From the NCBI GenBank assembly GCA_963667785.2, contig CAXXMU010000008.1, forward strand, positions 68,641 through 132,640: 64,000 bases of DNA, read 5' to 3'. The translations under genes were made by a program, and so were the position numbers. Shown one piece after another: positions 52,997 through 62,508 of this stretch (position 1 is its first letter; each line of letters opens with the position of its first letter). The notes under the pieces are model-generated. The model saw nothing but the letters and a program-made list of their open reading frames with translations. It made no database searches and was not told the DNA's origin. Source of the stretch: Alphaproteobacteria bacterium (GTDB lineage: Bacteria > Pseudomonadota > Alphaproteobacteria > UBA828).

Positions 52997-53422
52997 TCAC
53001 GCGGCGCCGGGGCCGGGCCTCCGCACGCCGGGACTCTCTGCGGCGCCCGTCAGCAGGTGGGCGTTGATCTGGTCGAGCTGCTTGTCGAGACCGGCGATCA
53101 TCCTGTCCATGCCGTCGAGCGTCGCGCGGAGCGCCGCGATCTCCCCCTGCACCGACGTGACCGAGCGGCCGAGCGTGGCGAATTCGCGGGCGTCGGGCAG
53201 GGATTCGAGCGCCACGGAGAGCTTGACCAGGCCCCGCTCGACGGTCTCCATCCGGCTCGCGAGCGCGTCCACGCCGGTGTCGCGCTTCTCCAGGTCGCTG
53301 AGGCTCTTGCTGGCGACGGCGCCGGCGGACTCGAGCCGGCGCACCCGCACAAAGAGGCCGACGCAGGCGGCGACGACGGCGCTCACCACGCCGCGCGCGA
53401 TCCAGGCCTCGAGATCGGTCAT
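52997..53422 (-). CDS. DUF2730-like (Mu gp25-like) membrane-anchored coiled-coil phage protein
   Basis: N-terminal TM, coiled coil, LP..EF..L...V..V.GEI..L pattern; ATGA overlap with the holin-like gene. Confidence 0.65.
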   Translation of the reverse strand: MTDLEAWIARGVVSAVVAACVGLFVRVRRLESAGAVASKSLSDLEKRDTGVDALASRMETVERGLVKLSVALESLPDAREFATLGRSVTSVQGEIAALRATLDGMDRMIAGLDKQLDQINAHLLTGAAESPGVRRPGPGAA

Positions 53423-53952
53423 CGGCTGCCCGCACCGCCGTCCGAAACCGAGCGCCGCTTCTCGATCTGGCGCGCGCCGAACCACCAGAGCACGGCCGCC
53501 GTCGAGAGGTAGAGCACGGTCTCGACGATGCGGGGCCGAATGGCCTCGTCCGCGAGGTCCGAGGCGCCGAGCAGGAAGTAGATCGCGCCCACCAGCGCGA
53601 GCAGGCTCCAGGTGAGCGCCGGCCGGGTCAGCCCGCGCACGACGTCGATGAGCTGCATGGCCCAGCCCTCGCCGGGGCGGGACCAGCGCCGTGCGGCCTC
53701 GCGGTAGCTGGCTTCCAGCGCCTCCCATTCGGCGCGTGCCTGGGCGCTCTCGGCCTCGATGGCGGCGTGGGCCGCGGCGCCCCCGGCCTCGACCTTGGCA
53801 AGCTCGATGTCGAGGCGGCGGAGGTCCATCTCCTGCCCGTGACGCTGGCGGGACTGGAAGAAGTCGATCGCGCCCGAAAGCGCCGTTCCCAGCAGGCCGG
53901 TGGCGCCGCCGGTCAGCACCGAGGCGCCGAGATTCAGCAGAGTCTCAAGCAT
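53419..53952 (-). CDS. Putative phage holin (3TM / GTA-holin-like)
   Basis: Gly-rich hydrophobic N-terminus, VRGLTRPALT followed by two TMs, WWFGARQIEK C-terminus; overlaps the DUF5675 stop. Confidence 0.65.
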   Translation of the reverse strand: MLETLLNLGASVLTGGATGLLGTALSGAIDFFQSRQRHGQEMDLRRLDIELAKVEAGGAAAHAAIEAESAQARAEWEALEASYREAARRWSRPGEGWAMQLIDVVRGLTRPALTWSLLALVGAIYFLLGASDLADEAIRPRIVETVLYLSTAAVLWWFGARQIEKRRSVSDGGAGSR

Positions 53953-54403
53953 CGTCGTTCTCCCGCGCGCCTTCCGGCGCGACTATCTCCAGGGCGAAGG
54001 GCCGATCCGCGACCCAGTCCATCAGCAGGCGCTGGGCCGTGCGCGAGGCGAGAACGGCCGCCTGCCGGCGCCCGGATACGTCGATCCGTCCCCGGCGCAG
54101 GCCCGGCAGCAGGCAGCCCATGGTGTGGGTGTGCCAGCCGCGATCCGTGTCTCCGCCCAGGTTGCCGGCGTGAAAGAGGATGTGGCTGCGGCCGGGCACC
54201 TGCGTCACCAGCAGGCAGCGCCGGAAGCGCGGCGAGAGGTGCGGCACGACCTCGTAGAGCCCCGCCGGAATGCAGGAGCGGTTGCGCCGGTTGTCCCGCC
54301 AGGGCGGCTCCATCATGTGGAGCGGCGCGAGGCCGGGGCCCGAGAGCACGCCGATGGTGCCTTGCTCTCCCGATCGCCCCCGCCTGAGAACCGCATGCCG
54401 CAT
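53945..54403 (-). CDS. DUF5675 family phage protein (putative His/Cys peptidoglycan-acting enzyme)
   Basis: GTIG.L, EPPWRDN....SCIPAG.Y, VPGRS.ILFH.GN, T.GCLLPG, S..A...LM. Confidence 0.8.
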   Translation of the reverse strand: MRHAVLRRGRSGEQGTIGVLSGPGLAPLHMMEPPWRDNRRNRSCIPAGLYEVVPHLSPRFRRCLLVTQVPGRSHILFHAGNLGGDTDRGWHTHTMGCLLPGLRRGRIDVSGRRQAAVLASRTAQRLLMDWVADRPFALEIVAPEGARENDDA

Positions 54404-54455
54404 GGGGCGATCATGGCCGGGCCCGCCCCGCCCGTGCACCGCACCATGGTGCGGT
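54404..54455 (-). promoter_or_regulatory. Palindromic activator site + -10-like hexamer, copy 3 (lysis cassette promoter)
   Basis: Perfect 18-bp palindrome ACCGCACCATGGTGCGGT (54438-54455); minus strand ...GTGCAC-N18-CATGAT-N6-ATG. Confidence 0.8.
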
Positions 54456-54513
54456 CACTTTCAAGCCTCGCCGGCGCCCTCTCCGCTCCGCGGGCGGGTG
54501 CGGCTATCCGTCC

Positions 54514-55299
54514 CTAAAGGTCGATGTCGACGCCGACCGGGCAGTGGTCGGAGCCTCGCTCGTCGGGCCAAATGAAGGCGCCCCGCACGCGCTTCATCGC
54601 CGCCGGCGAGGCCAGCACGTAGTCGATCCGCCAGCCGACGTTGCGCTCCCGCGCGCCGCCCCGTTGCGTCCACCAGGTGTAGTGGCCCGCATCGTCCGGA
54701 TGCAGCGCACGGAAGGTGTCGACCCAGCCCGCCGAGAGCCAGCGGTCGAGCTCGGCCCGCTCTTCCGGCAGGAAGCCGCTGTTCTTGACGTTGTCCCTGG
54801 GCCGCGCCAGGTCGATCTCCCGGTGCGCGGTGTTGTAGTCGCCGATCACCAGCACCGGGCAGCGCCGGCGCATCCGCTGCACTCGCTCGAAGAGCGCATC
54901 GTAGAACTCGAGCTTGTAGGGGACCCGGCTGTTGTCGCGATCCCTGCCGCTGCCCTTGGGGAAGTAGGCGTTGACCACGGCGAAGCGCCCGCGCTCGCTG
55001 CGGAAGTGCGCGGCCACGTAGCGGCCCTCGACGTCGAACCGGGCCTCGCCGAGCCCGGTCTCCACCCGCTCGGGCTTGAGCCGGGCGTAGAGACCGACGC
55101 CGCTGTAGCCGCGCCGCTCGGCCGCGACGAACGCGGTGTGCCAGCCGGCTGGCGCCCGCGCCTCGTCGGGAATCTCCTCGTGGAGCGCGCGGACCTCCTG
55201 CACGCCGAGGACGTCGGCCCGCGAGCGCGCCAGAAAATCCGCGAACCCCTTCTTCACGCAGGCGCGGATTCCGTTCACGTTCCAGCTCACCACACGCAT
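54514..55299 (-). CDS. xth: Exodeoxyribonuclease III
   Basis: SWNVNGIRA, QE, GYSGV, GDYNTAH, GWRIDY, GSDHCPV. Confidence 0.95.
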   Translation of the reverse strand: MRVVSWNVNGIRACVKKGFADFLARSRADVLGVQEVRALHEEIPDEARAPAGWHTAFVAAERRGYSGVGLYARLKPERVETGLGEARFDVEGRYVAAHFRSERGRFAVVNAYFPKGSGRDRDNSRVPYKLEFYDALFERVQRMRRRCPVLVIGDYNTAHREIDLARPRDNVKNSGFLPEERAELDRWLSAGWVDTFRALHPDDAGHYTWWTQRGGARERNVGWRIDYVLASPAAMKRVRGAFIWPDERGSDHCPVGVDIDL

Positions 55300-55331
55300 C
55301 GGTCGCTCCTTCGCCAAAGACGGATACGCTT

Positions 55332-56141
55332 CTACTCCGCCTCGACGACCAGGCGCTGGGCGAAGGCGTCGCCGTCGTCGAAACCGCCGAAGCGCGCGAT
55401 CTCGTCTTCCGGCGGCGGCTCACAGGACCACATCCGGCTCGGCACCCAGCCGCACTGGCGCTTAAGTTGAGCGGCATACTCGGCGCGCTTCAGCGCCGCG
55501 ATGGAGGGGTCGATCACGGGCACGCCGACGGCCTTCTCCACCTCGCGGTAGAAGCCGATCTCCAGCGTGCAGCCGAGGATCAGTGCTTCGGCGAAGTCCT
55601 CCTCCACCGCCTTGCGGCCGGCCGCGACGAGGCGCCGCTCGGTCTCCGCGTGATCGGTCTGGAAGTCGTTGACGCCGAGCTCGACGTGATAGAAGCCCGA
55701 GAGCCGCTCGCCGTAGCCGTGCTCGCGGGCGACGGCGTTCATCTGGTTCACCCACTTGCGCCGGCCGACGATGATGCCGAAGCGGTTGGCGAGGCTGGCC
55801 GCGATCTCGCAGGACGCGAGGCAGGGCGCGGTCACGACCATCTCACCGGAGATCTCGCGGGCGTCGTGCAGGCCCGTGTCGTAGAAGCAGCCGATGGCGA
55901 GCGCGTCGAAGCCCTCGCGGGCCGCCTGGCGCGTCGCCTGGATGATGCCGCGCGAGACGATGGTCTCGTAGGCGCGGTACTCGATGTGCGTGAAGCCGCC
56001 GCCCGGGTCCGCCAGGCAGGTGATGTGCACCTCCGTGCCGGGCAGCTTGTAGCTGCGCGCCATCTCGGCAAAGACGGCATCGTAGGCATCGGTGCCGACC
56101 GGGTTGAGATACATCAGCTTGAGGGGGGCGTTGGCCTTCAT
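55332..56141 (-). CDS. Asp/Glu/hydantoin racemase family protein
   Basis: LNPVG, AIGCFYDTG, ILGCT, VPVIDP; follows hydantoinase B. Confidence 0.88.
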   Translation of the reverse strand: MKANAPLKLMYLNPVGTDAYDAVFAEMARSYKLPGTEVHITCLADPGGGFTHIEYRAYETIVSRGIIQATRQAAREGFDALAIGCFYDTGLHDAREISGEMVVTAPCLASCEIAASLANRFGIIVGRRKWVNQMNAVAREHGYGERLSGFYHVELGVNDFQTDHAETERRLVAAGRKAVEEDFAEALILGCTLEIGFYREVEKAVGVPVIDPSIAALKRAEYAAQLKRQCGWVPSRMWSCEPPPEDEIARFGGFDDGDAFAQRLVVEAE

Positions 56142-57844
56142 GCGGTCCTCCCGTCGTCCGAATCGATTGTCACTCCGTAGACCTCCCGCGCGCGCTCGGC
56201 GCTGATGAGTCCGTTGCTCACGTCGCGCCGCACGCGCTCGCGATCGCGCCGTCCGGGGTCGCCGAAGCCGCCGCCGTTTCCGGTGACGACGCGGATCACG
56301 TCGTCCTTCCGGGTCTTGAGGCCGGAGACGAAGGCGAAGCGCTGGCGCTCTCCCTCGCGCGGGATGAACTCGACGTAGTTGGGCGAGCCCTCGTTGCCGC
56401 CGTCGAGCGCCCAGGCGGGGTGCTTCGAGCGCGTGTAGCCCACGGTGAGGTAGCCGTCGTCGGCGCGCACGCGGTAGTCCATGACGATGCCGCGCCCGCC
56501 GGTGAACGCGCCCTCGCCGCCGGGCTCGAGGTTGAGCGCCATCTGGTCGACGTAGAGCCCGTTGCGCGCCTCGTTGATCTCGGCCGGGCAGTTGAAGGTC
56601 TCGCCGTGGAAGCCGCAGAACATGGCGTTGTTTCCGTCGATCCCCTCGCGGCCGCCCCAGCCGCCGAGCTGCGGCTCGATGATGGTGTACTGGCGCCCGG
56701 TGTCGGGGTGGATGCCGCCGATGAAGGTGCCGCACACGGAGGCGAAGTGCCCTGCGGCCAGGCGCTCCGGCATGTGCTGGGCGAGGCAGCGCCACATGAC
56801 GTCGTAGGCGCGCAGGTCGATCTCGTAATAGAAGCCGACGGGCGCGGGCTCCTTCGCGTGGAACACCGAGCCCTCCCGCGTCAGCAGCCGGATCGGGCGG
56901 AACGAGCCGGCGTTGCAGGGCGAGTAGGGATCGGTCAGCGACTTGAAGATCATCTGCGCCGCCACCATCACCCCGTCGCGGCTGGTATTCACGGGGCCGC
57001 TCGCCTGGTCCGGGTTGTCCCGCAGGTCGACGACGAATTCGTCCTCGCCGATGGTGATGCTGACATTGAAGAGCTGGCCGTCGTCCTGCTCTTCCGTGAG
57101 CGCGAAGGTGCCTCTCGGCAGCTTCGCGAGCTCCGTGCGCGAGACCCGCTCGCCATAGTCCATGAACGCCGCCATCGCCTGCTCGAAGGTGGCGGCGCCG
57201 TACTTCTCCGCGATCTCCTCGAGGCGGGCGGTGCCGATGCGGACCGATGCGATCGCCGCCCACACGTCGCCTTCCAGCACGTCCGGCATGCGGGAGTTGA
57301 CCGTGATGATCTCCAGCACCGGCTGGATCGGCTCGCCGCGCGCGATCATCTTGACGGCGGGCAGCCGGAGCCCTTCCTGGAAGATCTCCGTCGCCTCGCC
57401 GGTCAGCGAGCCGGGCGCCATGCCGCCCACGTCGGAGTTGTGGGCGATGTTCGCGGTCCAGGCGATGATGCGGCCCTCGGCGAAGACCGGCATGACCACC
57501 ACGATGTCGTTCAGGTGCGTCACGCCGCCGTAATAGGGGTCGTTGGTGACGAACACGTCGCCAGGCTCGACCGCGCCGGGTGCTGCGAACTTCTCCACGA
57601 TCACCGTCACCGCCTTGTCGAGCACGCCGACGAAGGCCGGGATTCCGGCGCCGGAGCAGGCGATCTCGCCCTTCGCGTCGGTGATCCCGGTGCCCATGTC
57701 GAGCACCTCGTAGATGATCGAGCTCATCGCCGTCTTCTTCATGGCCGCGAACATCTCGTCGGCCGCGCTCTGCAGCGAGTTCTGGATGATCTCGAGGGTG
57801 ATCGGATCGTTGGTCATCGTCGTCTTCGCTGTCTTTGCCGTCAT
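56138..57844 (-). CDS. Hydantoinase/oxoprolinase subunit B
   Basis: DPITLEI, SSIIYE, NDPYYGG.THLND, EGLRLP, GGGFGDP. Confidence 0.93.
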   Translation of the reverse strand: MTAKTAKTTMTNDPITLEIIQNSLQSAADEMFAAMKKTAMSSIIYEVLDMGTGITDAKGEIACSGAGIPAFVGVLDKAVTVIVEKFAAPGAVEPGDVFVTNDPYYGGVTHLNDIVVVMPVFAEGRIIAWTANIAHNSDVGGMAPGSLTGEATEIFQEGLRLPAVKMIARGEPIQPVLEIITVNSRMPDVLEGDVWAAIASVRIGTARLEEIAEKYGAATFEQAMAAFMDYGERVSRTELAKLPRGTFALTEEQDDGQLFNVSITIGEDEFVVDLRDNPDQASGPVNTSRDGVMVAAQMIFKSLTDPYSPCNAGSFRPIRLLTREGSVFHAKEPAPVGFYYEIDLRAYDVMWRCLAQHMPERLAAGHFASVCGTFIGGIHPDTGRQYTIIEPQLGGWGGREGIDGNNAMFCGFHGETFNCPAEINEARNGLYVDQMALNLEPGGEGAFTGGRGIVMDYRVRADDGYLTVGYTRSKHPAWALDGGNEGSPNYVEFIPREGERQRFAFVSGLKTRKDDVIRVVTGNGGGFGDPGRRDRERVRRDVSNGLISAERAREVYGVTIDSDDGRTA

Positions 57845-57848
57845 CGTC

Positions 57849-59936
57849 TCACCGCCGCTCCGCTCGGTTCGCGATATGGATGTGGATGTTGCCGAAGCCG
57901 TCGACCTCGGCCCGGCTGCCGGGATGGACCACCACCGTCGTGCCCGAATCCTCGACGATGGCGGGGCCCGCGAAGGCCATGCCGGGCTCCAGCCCCGCGC
58001 CGTCGTAGATGGCCGCCTCACGCAGCCCTTCGAGGGCGTAGTCGACCGTGCGCACGCCCTTCTGCGCCTCGCCCGCCGGCCTGCCCGTGGCGGTGCGCCG
58101 CGTCATGGCGAGCTTGCCGATCTCGACCCGGGCGACCACGTGCAGGCCCACCATCTCCACCGGGGCCGCGAGCCGGTAGGTGTACTCCCGCTCGTAGGTC
58201 TCGTGGAAGGCGGCCTCGATGGCGGCGATGCGATCCGCCGTCACGGGGCCGCCCTCGAGCGGCACCTCCGTTGTGTGCTCCTGGTTCTGGTAGCGGAACC
58301 GGCCGAAGCGCGCGAGCGTGACGGCCGACGCCTCGATGCCTTCGGCGGCGAAGCGCGCACGCGCCCGTTCCTCCGTCTCGCAGAAGGCGGCCTCGATGGC
58401 ATCTGCATTCTCCGCGTTCAGGTCCACGAGCAGGGTGAGGACGTCGTCGCGCCGCAGGTCCGACATCATCATGCCCCAGGCGGAGAACACCGAGGCGTCC
58501 GCCGGCACCACCACCTTGGCGACGCCCAGCTCCTGCGCCAGCGCCGCGGCGTGCATGGCGCCGCCGCCGCCGAAGGCGATCAGGGTGAAGTCGCGCGGGT
58601 CGAAGCCGCGGTTGACGGAGACCAGCTTGAGCGCGTTGACCATGTTGTTGTTGGCGATGCGCACGATGCCGCGGGCGGCTTCGTCGGCGTCGACGCCGAG
58701 CCGGGCTCCCACCGCCTCGATCGCCTTCTCCACCGCGTCCATGTCGGCCTCCACCTCGCCGCCGCAGAAGTAGTCGCGGTTGATGCGCCCGAGCCAGAGA
58801 TTGGCGTCGGTGGTGGTGGCCTCGGTTCCGCCGCGCCCGTAGGCCGCCGGGCCCGGCACGGCGCCGGCCGAGCGCGGACCGACGCGCAGCTTGCCATAAT
58901 CGTCGACCCAGGCGATCGAGCCGCCGCCGTTGCCGATCTCCACCAGGTCCACGACGGGCACCATGATCGGGTAGCCAGCCGAGGCGCGCGTGCGTCCGAT
59001 CCAGTAGTCGGTCTTGATCCGCACGCGCGCGTCCTCGATCAGCGAGCACTTGGCGGTGGTGCCGCCGATGTCCAACGCCAGCACGTTGGGCTCGCCGATC
59101 AGGCGGCCGAGCTCGGCCGCGCCCCAAACGCCGGACGCCGGCCCCGATTCCACCATGGTGATGGGAACGCGCGAGACTGTGTCGACGGAATCGACGCCGC
59201 AGTTCGATTGCATGATGTAGAGGCCGCCGGCGAAGTCGCGCGCGGCGAGGCCCTCGTCGAGGCGCTGCAGGTAGCGCTCCGCCACCGGCTGCACGTAGGC
59301 CGACAGCACGGTGGTGCTGGTGCGCTCGTACTCGCGCCATTCGCGCGTGATCTGGTGCGACGAGATGGCGGAGACCTCCGGCCACAGCCGCTCGAGTTCG
59401 GCCAGCGCCGCTTGCTCGTGCGCCGGGTTGGCATAGGCGTGGAGGAAGCAGATCGCGACCGCTTCCACGCCTTCCGCCCGGAAGTCCGCGACGATGCCGG
59501 GCAGCGGCCCGAGGTCGAGGGGACGCAGCTCGTCGCCGCGGTAGTCCATGCGGCCCGGCAGCTCGCGGCGCAGGCGGCGCGGCACGAAGGGCTCGGGCTT
59601 TTCGTAGTGGAGGTTGAAGAAGTCCGGCCGGTTGCCGCGCGCGATCTCCAGCGTGTCGCGAAAGCCTTCCGTGGTGACGAGGCCGACGCTCACGCCGGTG
59701 CGCTCGGTCAGCGCGTTGATGACGACGGTGGTGCCGTGGGCGAGGAAGCCCACGGCCTCGGCCGCGACTCCCGCCTTCGCCATGACGTCGAACACGCCCT
59801 CTTCGTAGCGGGGCGAGGTGGTGTCGGTCTTCGCCGTGCGGACCGCCGCCTCGCCGGTGGCCTCGTCGGTCTCGAAGACCAGCAGGTCGGTGAAGGTGCC
59901 GCCGACGTCGGTTGCGACACGGATGGTCCTGGCCAT
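57849..59936 (-). CDS. Hydantoinase/oxoprolinase subunit A
   Basis: DVGGTFTD, HGTT..INA, ESGPASG, DIGGTT, GNGGGSIA, AFGGGG..H. Confidence 0.93.
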   Translation of the reverse strand: MARTIRVATDVGGTFTDLLVFETDEATGEAAVRTAKTDTTSPRYEEGVFDVMAKAGVAAEAVGFLAHGTTVVINALTERTGVSVGLVTTEGFRDTLEIARGNRPDFFNLHYEKPEPFVPRRLRRELPGRMDYRGDELRPLDLGPLPGIVADFRAEGVEAVAICFLHAYANPAHEQAALAELERLWPEVSAISSHQITREWREYERTSTTVLSAYVQPVAERYLQRLDEGLAARDFAGGLYIMQSNCGVDSVDTVSRVPITMVESGPASGVWGAAELGRLIGEPNVLALDIGGTTAKCSLIEDARVRIKTDYWIGRTRASAGYPIMVPVVDLVEIGNGGGSIAWVDDYGKLRVGPRSAGAVPGPAAYGRGGTEATTTDANLWLGRINRDYFCGGEVEADMDAVEKAIEAVGARLGVDADEAARGIVRIANNNMVNALKLVSVNRGFDPRDFTLIAFGGGGAMHAAALAQELGVAKVVVPADASVFSAWGMMMSDLRRDDVLTLLVDLNAENADAIEAAFCETEERARARFAAEGIEASAVTLARFGRFRYQNQEHTTEVPLEGGPVTADRIAAIEAAFHETYEREYTYRLAAPVEMVGLHVVARVEIGKLAMTRRTATGRPAGEAQKGVRTVDYALEGLREAAIYDGAGLEPGMAFAGPAIVEDSGTTVVVHPGSRAEVDGFGNIHIHIANRAERR

Positions 59937-59982
59937 CAACGGACTCCCTTAGAGCTGGGGCGGGTGCGGAGCGTGCGCGCAT

Positions 59983-60797
59983 TCACGGCTGGAGACCTCC
60001 CTCTGCGAGCCGGTCCCGCACCATCTCCTCCTCGCGGGAGACGACCGGCACCGCGCTGATGAGGCGCCGCGTGTAGGCGTGGCCGGGTGCCGCGAACAGC
60101 GTCTCGGTGACGCCGATCTCGATCAGGCGGCCCTTCTCGAACACCGCGACGCGGTCGGCGAAGTTGCGGACGACCGAGAGGTCGTGGGTGATGAAGAGGT
60201 AGGTGAGGCCGCGCCTCGGCTGCAGCTCCTCCAGCAGTTGCAGCACGCGCGCCTGCACCAGCACGTCGAGCGAGGAGGTGGGCTCGTCCAGCACCACCAG
60301 CTCCGAGCGGCAGGCCAGCGCCCGGGCGACGGCGACGCGCTGCCGCTGCCCGCCGGAGAGCGCCGCCGGATAGCGCCTGGCGAAGTCGGCGGGCAGGCCG
60401 ACCTCCTCCAGCAGCGTCGCCACGATCTCCGGCCGCTCGCGCCGCTCGCCGATGCGATGCACGTCGAGGGCGAGGCGGAGCGAGGCGCCGACGGTGCGCT
60501 TCGGGTTGAGGGTCGACAGCGGGTTCTGCTGGACGAGCTGGATGGCGCGCCGGTGCTCGCGCCGCCGCCGGGCGGGCAGGGGCTCGCCGTGCATCCGGAT
60601 CGAGCCGGATGTCGGCGGATAGACGCCGAGGATGAGGTTGGCGACGGTGCTCTTGCCGGCACCCGATTCGCCCACGATGGCGAGGCACTCGCCTGCCTCC
60701 ACGTCGAGCGACACGTCGAGCAGGGCAGCGGACCTCCCGGTCCTCCAGCCGGAACACCTTGGAGACGATTGTGCACCTCCAGCAGTGGCGGGCTCAT
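59983..60797 (-). pseudogene. Dpp/Opp-type ABC ATPase with two +1 frameshifts near the 5' end (pseudogene or sequencing error)
   Basis: MSPPLLEVHN [extra base] VSKVFRLEDREVR [extra base] ALLDVSLDVEAGECLAIVGESGAGKST; rest intact (LSGGQ, LDEP). Confidence 0.75.
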
Positions 60798-61678
60798 CGA
60801 GCCGCCTCCGCGCGCGTGGCGTGGACCACCAGGGGCTGCGAGAAGTCGCGCGGCTCGTCGCCGATGTCCGGCAGCCCGCCGCCGGTGATGCGCGGCACCG
60901 CCGCCATCAGCGCGCGGGTGTAGGCGTGGCCCGGCCGATCGAACACCGCCCCGGTGGGCCCTTCCTCCACGATCCGGCCCTTGTAGATGACGTAGACGCG
61001 GTCGGCGAACTCGCGCACCACGCCGAGATTGTGCGAGATGAACAGCACCGCGGTGCGGTGCTGCTCGACCAGCTCGCGCATCAGCGTGAGCGTCTGGGCC
61101 TGGACCGTCACGTCGAGCGCGGTGCCGGGCTCGTCGGCGATGAGCAGCGCAGGCTCGTTGGCGAGCGCCATCGCGATCATCACCCGCTGGTTCATGCCGC
61201 CCGAGAGCTGGAAGGGGTAGGAATCGAAGACCCGGTCCGGGTCGTCGATGGAGACCTCCATGAGCATCCGCGCCGCGCGGTCCCTGGCGGCTGCCCCGGT
61301 GATTGCCGGCTCCGCCCGCCTCAGCACCTCGTGGAACTGGGTGCCGATGCGATAGACCGGGTTGAGCGACGAGGTCGGGTCCTGGAACACCATCGTCATG
61401 CGCGTACCGCGCAGCCGGCCGCGCTCGCGCGCCGAGAGCCGGTCGAGGTCACGCCCCTCGAAGACGACCTCGCCCGAGATGCGTGCAGACCGCAGAAGCT
61501 GCAGGAGGCCCAGCACGATGCGCGCCGTGACCGACTTGCCGGAGCCCGATTCGCCCACCAGCGCCACCCGCTCGCCGGGCTGGATGGAGAGCGAGATGCC
61601 GTGCAGCACCTCGACGAAGGCCTCGTAGGTCCTGAAGCCCAGCCTGAGATCGCGGATGTCGAGCGTCGGCACGGTCAC
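60794..61678 (-). CDS. Dpp/Opp-type ABC ATPase (DppD-like)
   Basis: GESGSGKS, FQDP..SLNP, LSGGMNQR, ADEP.TALDV. Confidence 0.92.
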   Translation of the reverse strand: MTVPTLDIRDLRLGFRTYEAFVEVLHGISLSIQPGERVALVGESGSGKSVTARIVLGLLQLLRSARISGEVVFEGRDLDRLSARERGRLRGTRMTMVFQDPTSSLNPVYRIGTQFHEVLRRAEPAITGAAARDRAARMLMEVSIDDPDRVFDSYPFQLSGGMNQRVMIAMALANEPALLIADEPGTALDVTVQAQTLTLMRELVEQHRTAVLFISHNLGVVREFADRVYVIYKGRIVEEGPTGAVFDRPGHAYTRALMAAVPRITGGGLPDIGDEPRDFSQPLVVHATRAEAAR

Positions 61679-62508
61679 TGGTCGGCCCCGAAGAGCTCGC
61701 GCATGGCATCGCCGATGAGGTTGAAGCCGAACACCGCGACCAGGATGGCGAGGCTCGGGAAGATGGTGAGCCACCACGAATCGGGCAGGTACTTGGCGCC
61801 GTCGGCGACCATCGAGCCGAGATCGGGCGTCGGCGGCTGCACGCCGAGGCCGAGGAAGGAGAGCGAGGAGGCGATGAGGATGATGAAGCCGAGGTCCAGC
61901 GTCATCTTGGTGATGATGGAGGGGAAGCAGTTCGGCAGGATCTCGCGGAACATCACGTGCAGCGGCGAGGCGCCGATCACCTCGGCCGCGAGCACGTAGC
62001 CCTCCTCCTTCTCCGCCCGGGTCATGTTGTAGACGAGCCTTGCGTACCACGGCCACCACATCGCGGTGACCGCGATCATGCCGTTGATGAGGGTCGGCTC
62101 CAGCACGCCCATGATCGACATGGCCAGCACCAGCGGCGGGATCGAGAGGAAGACGTCGGTCACGCGCATCAGCACGTAGTCGGCGTAGCGCCCGAAATAG
62201 CCGGCGATCAGCCCCACCGTCACGCCGATGGGAACCGCGATGGCGAGCACCACGGCGCCGAGGATCAGCGAGATCCGGTAGGCGTAGATGACGCGGCTGA
62301 AGAGATCGCGGCCGACCAGATCGGTCCCCATGAGATGCGGCCAGCTGGGCGGCTGGTTGAAGTTGGCGAAGTCGACCACGGCGCCGCGATGCTCGGGGAA
62401 GGGCGCGATGAAGTCGGCGAAGACGGCGCAGAAGAGAATGATGCCGATCAGGATCAGCCCCAGCATGGAGAGCGGGTTCGAGGTCAGGATCGCGACCGCG
62501 CGCCTCAT
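61675..62508 (-). CDS. Dpp/Opp-type ABC permease (DppC-like)
   Basis: GTDLVGRDLFSR, LSFLGLG.QPP.PD.G. Confidence 0.92.
   Translation of the reverse strand: MRRAVAILTSNPLSMLGLILIGIILFCAVFADFIAPFPEHRGAVVDFANFNQPPSWPHLMGTDLVGRDLFSRVIYAYRISLILGAVVLAIAVPIGVTVGLIAGYFGRYADYVLMRVTDVFLSIPPLVLAMSIMGVLEPTLINGMIAVTAMWWPWYARLVYNMTRAEKEEGYVLAAEVIGASPLHVMFREILPNCFPSIITKMTLDLGFIILIASSLSFLGLGVQPPTPDLGSMVADGAKYLPDSWWLTIFPSLAILVAVFGFNLIGDAMRELFGADQ

Noticed and set aside
46400-54455. An intact prophage or genomic island
   Set aside because: No transposase, integrase, terminase, capsid or tail genes, and no att or terminal repeats seen; intervening genes are ordinary host transport and catabolic genes.
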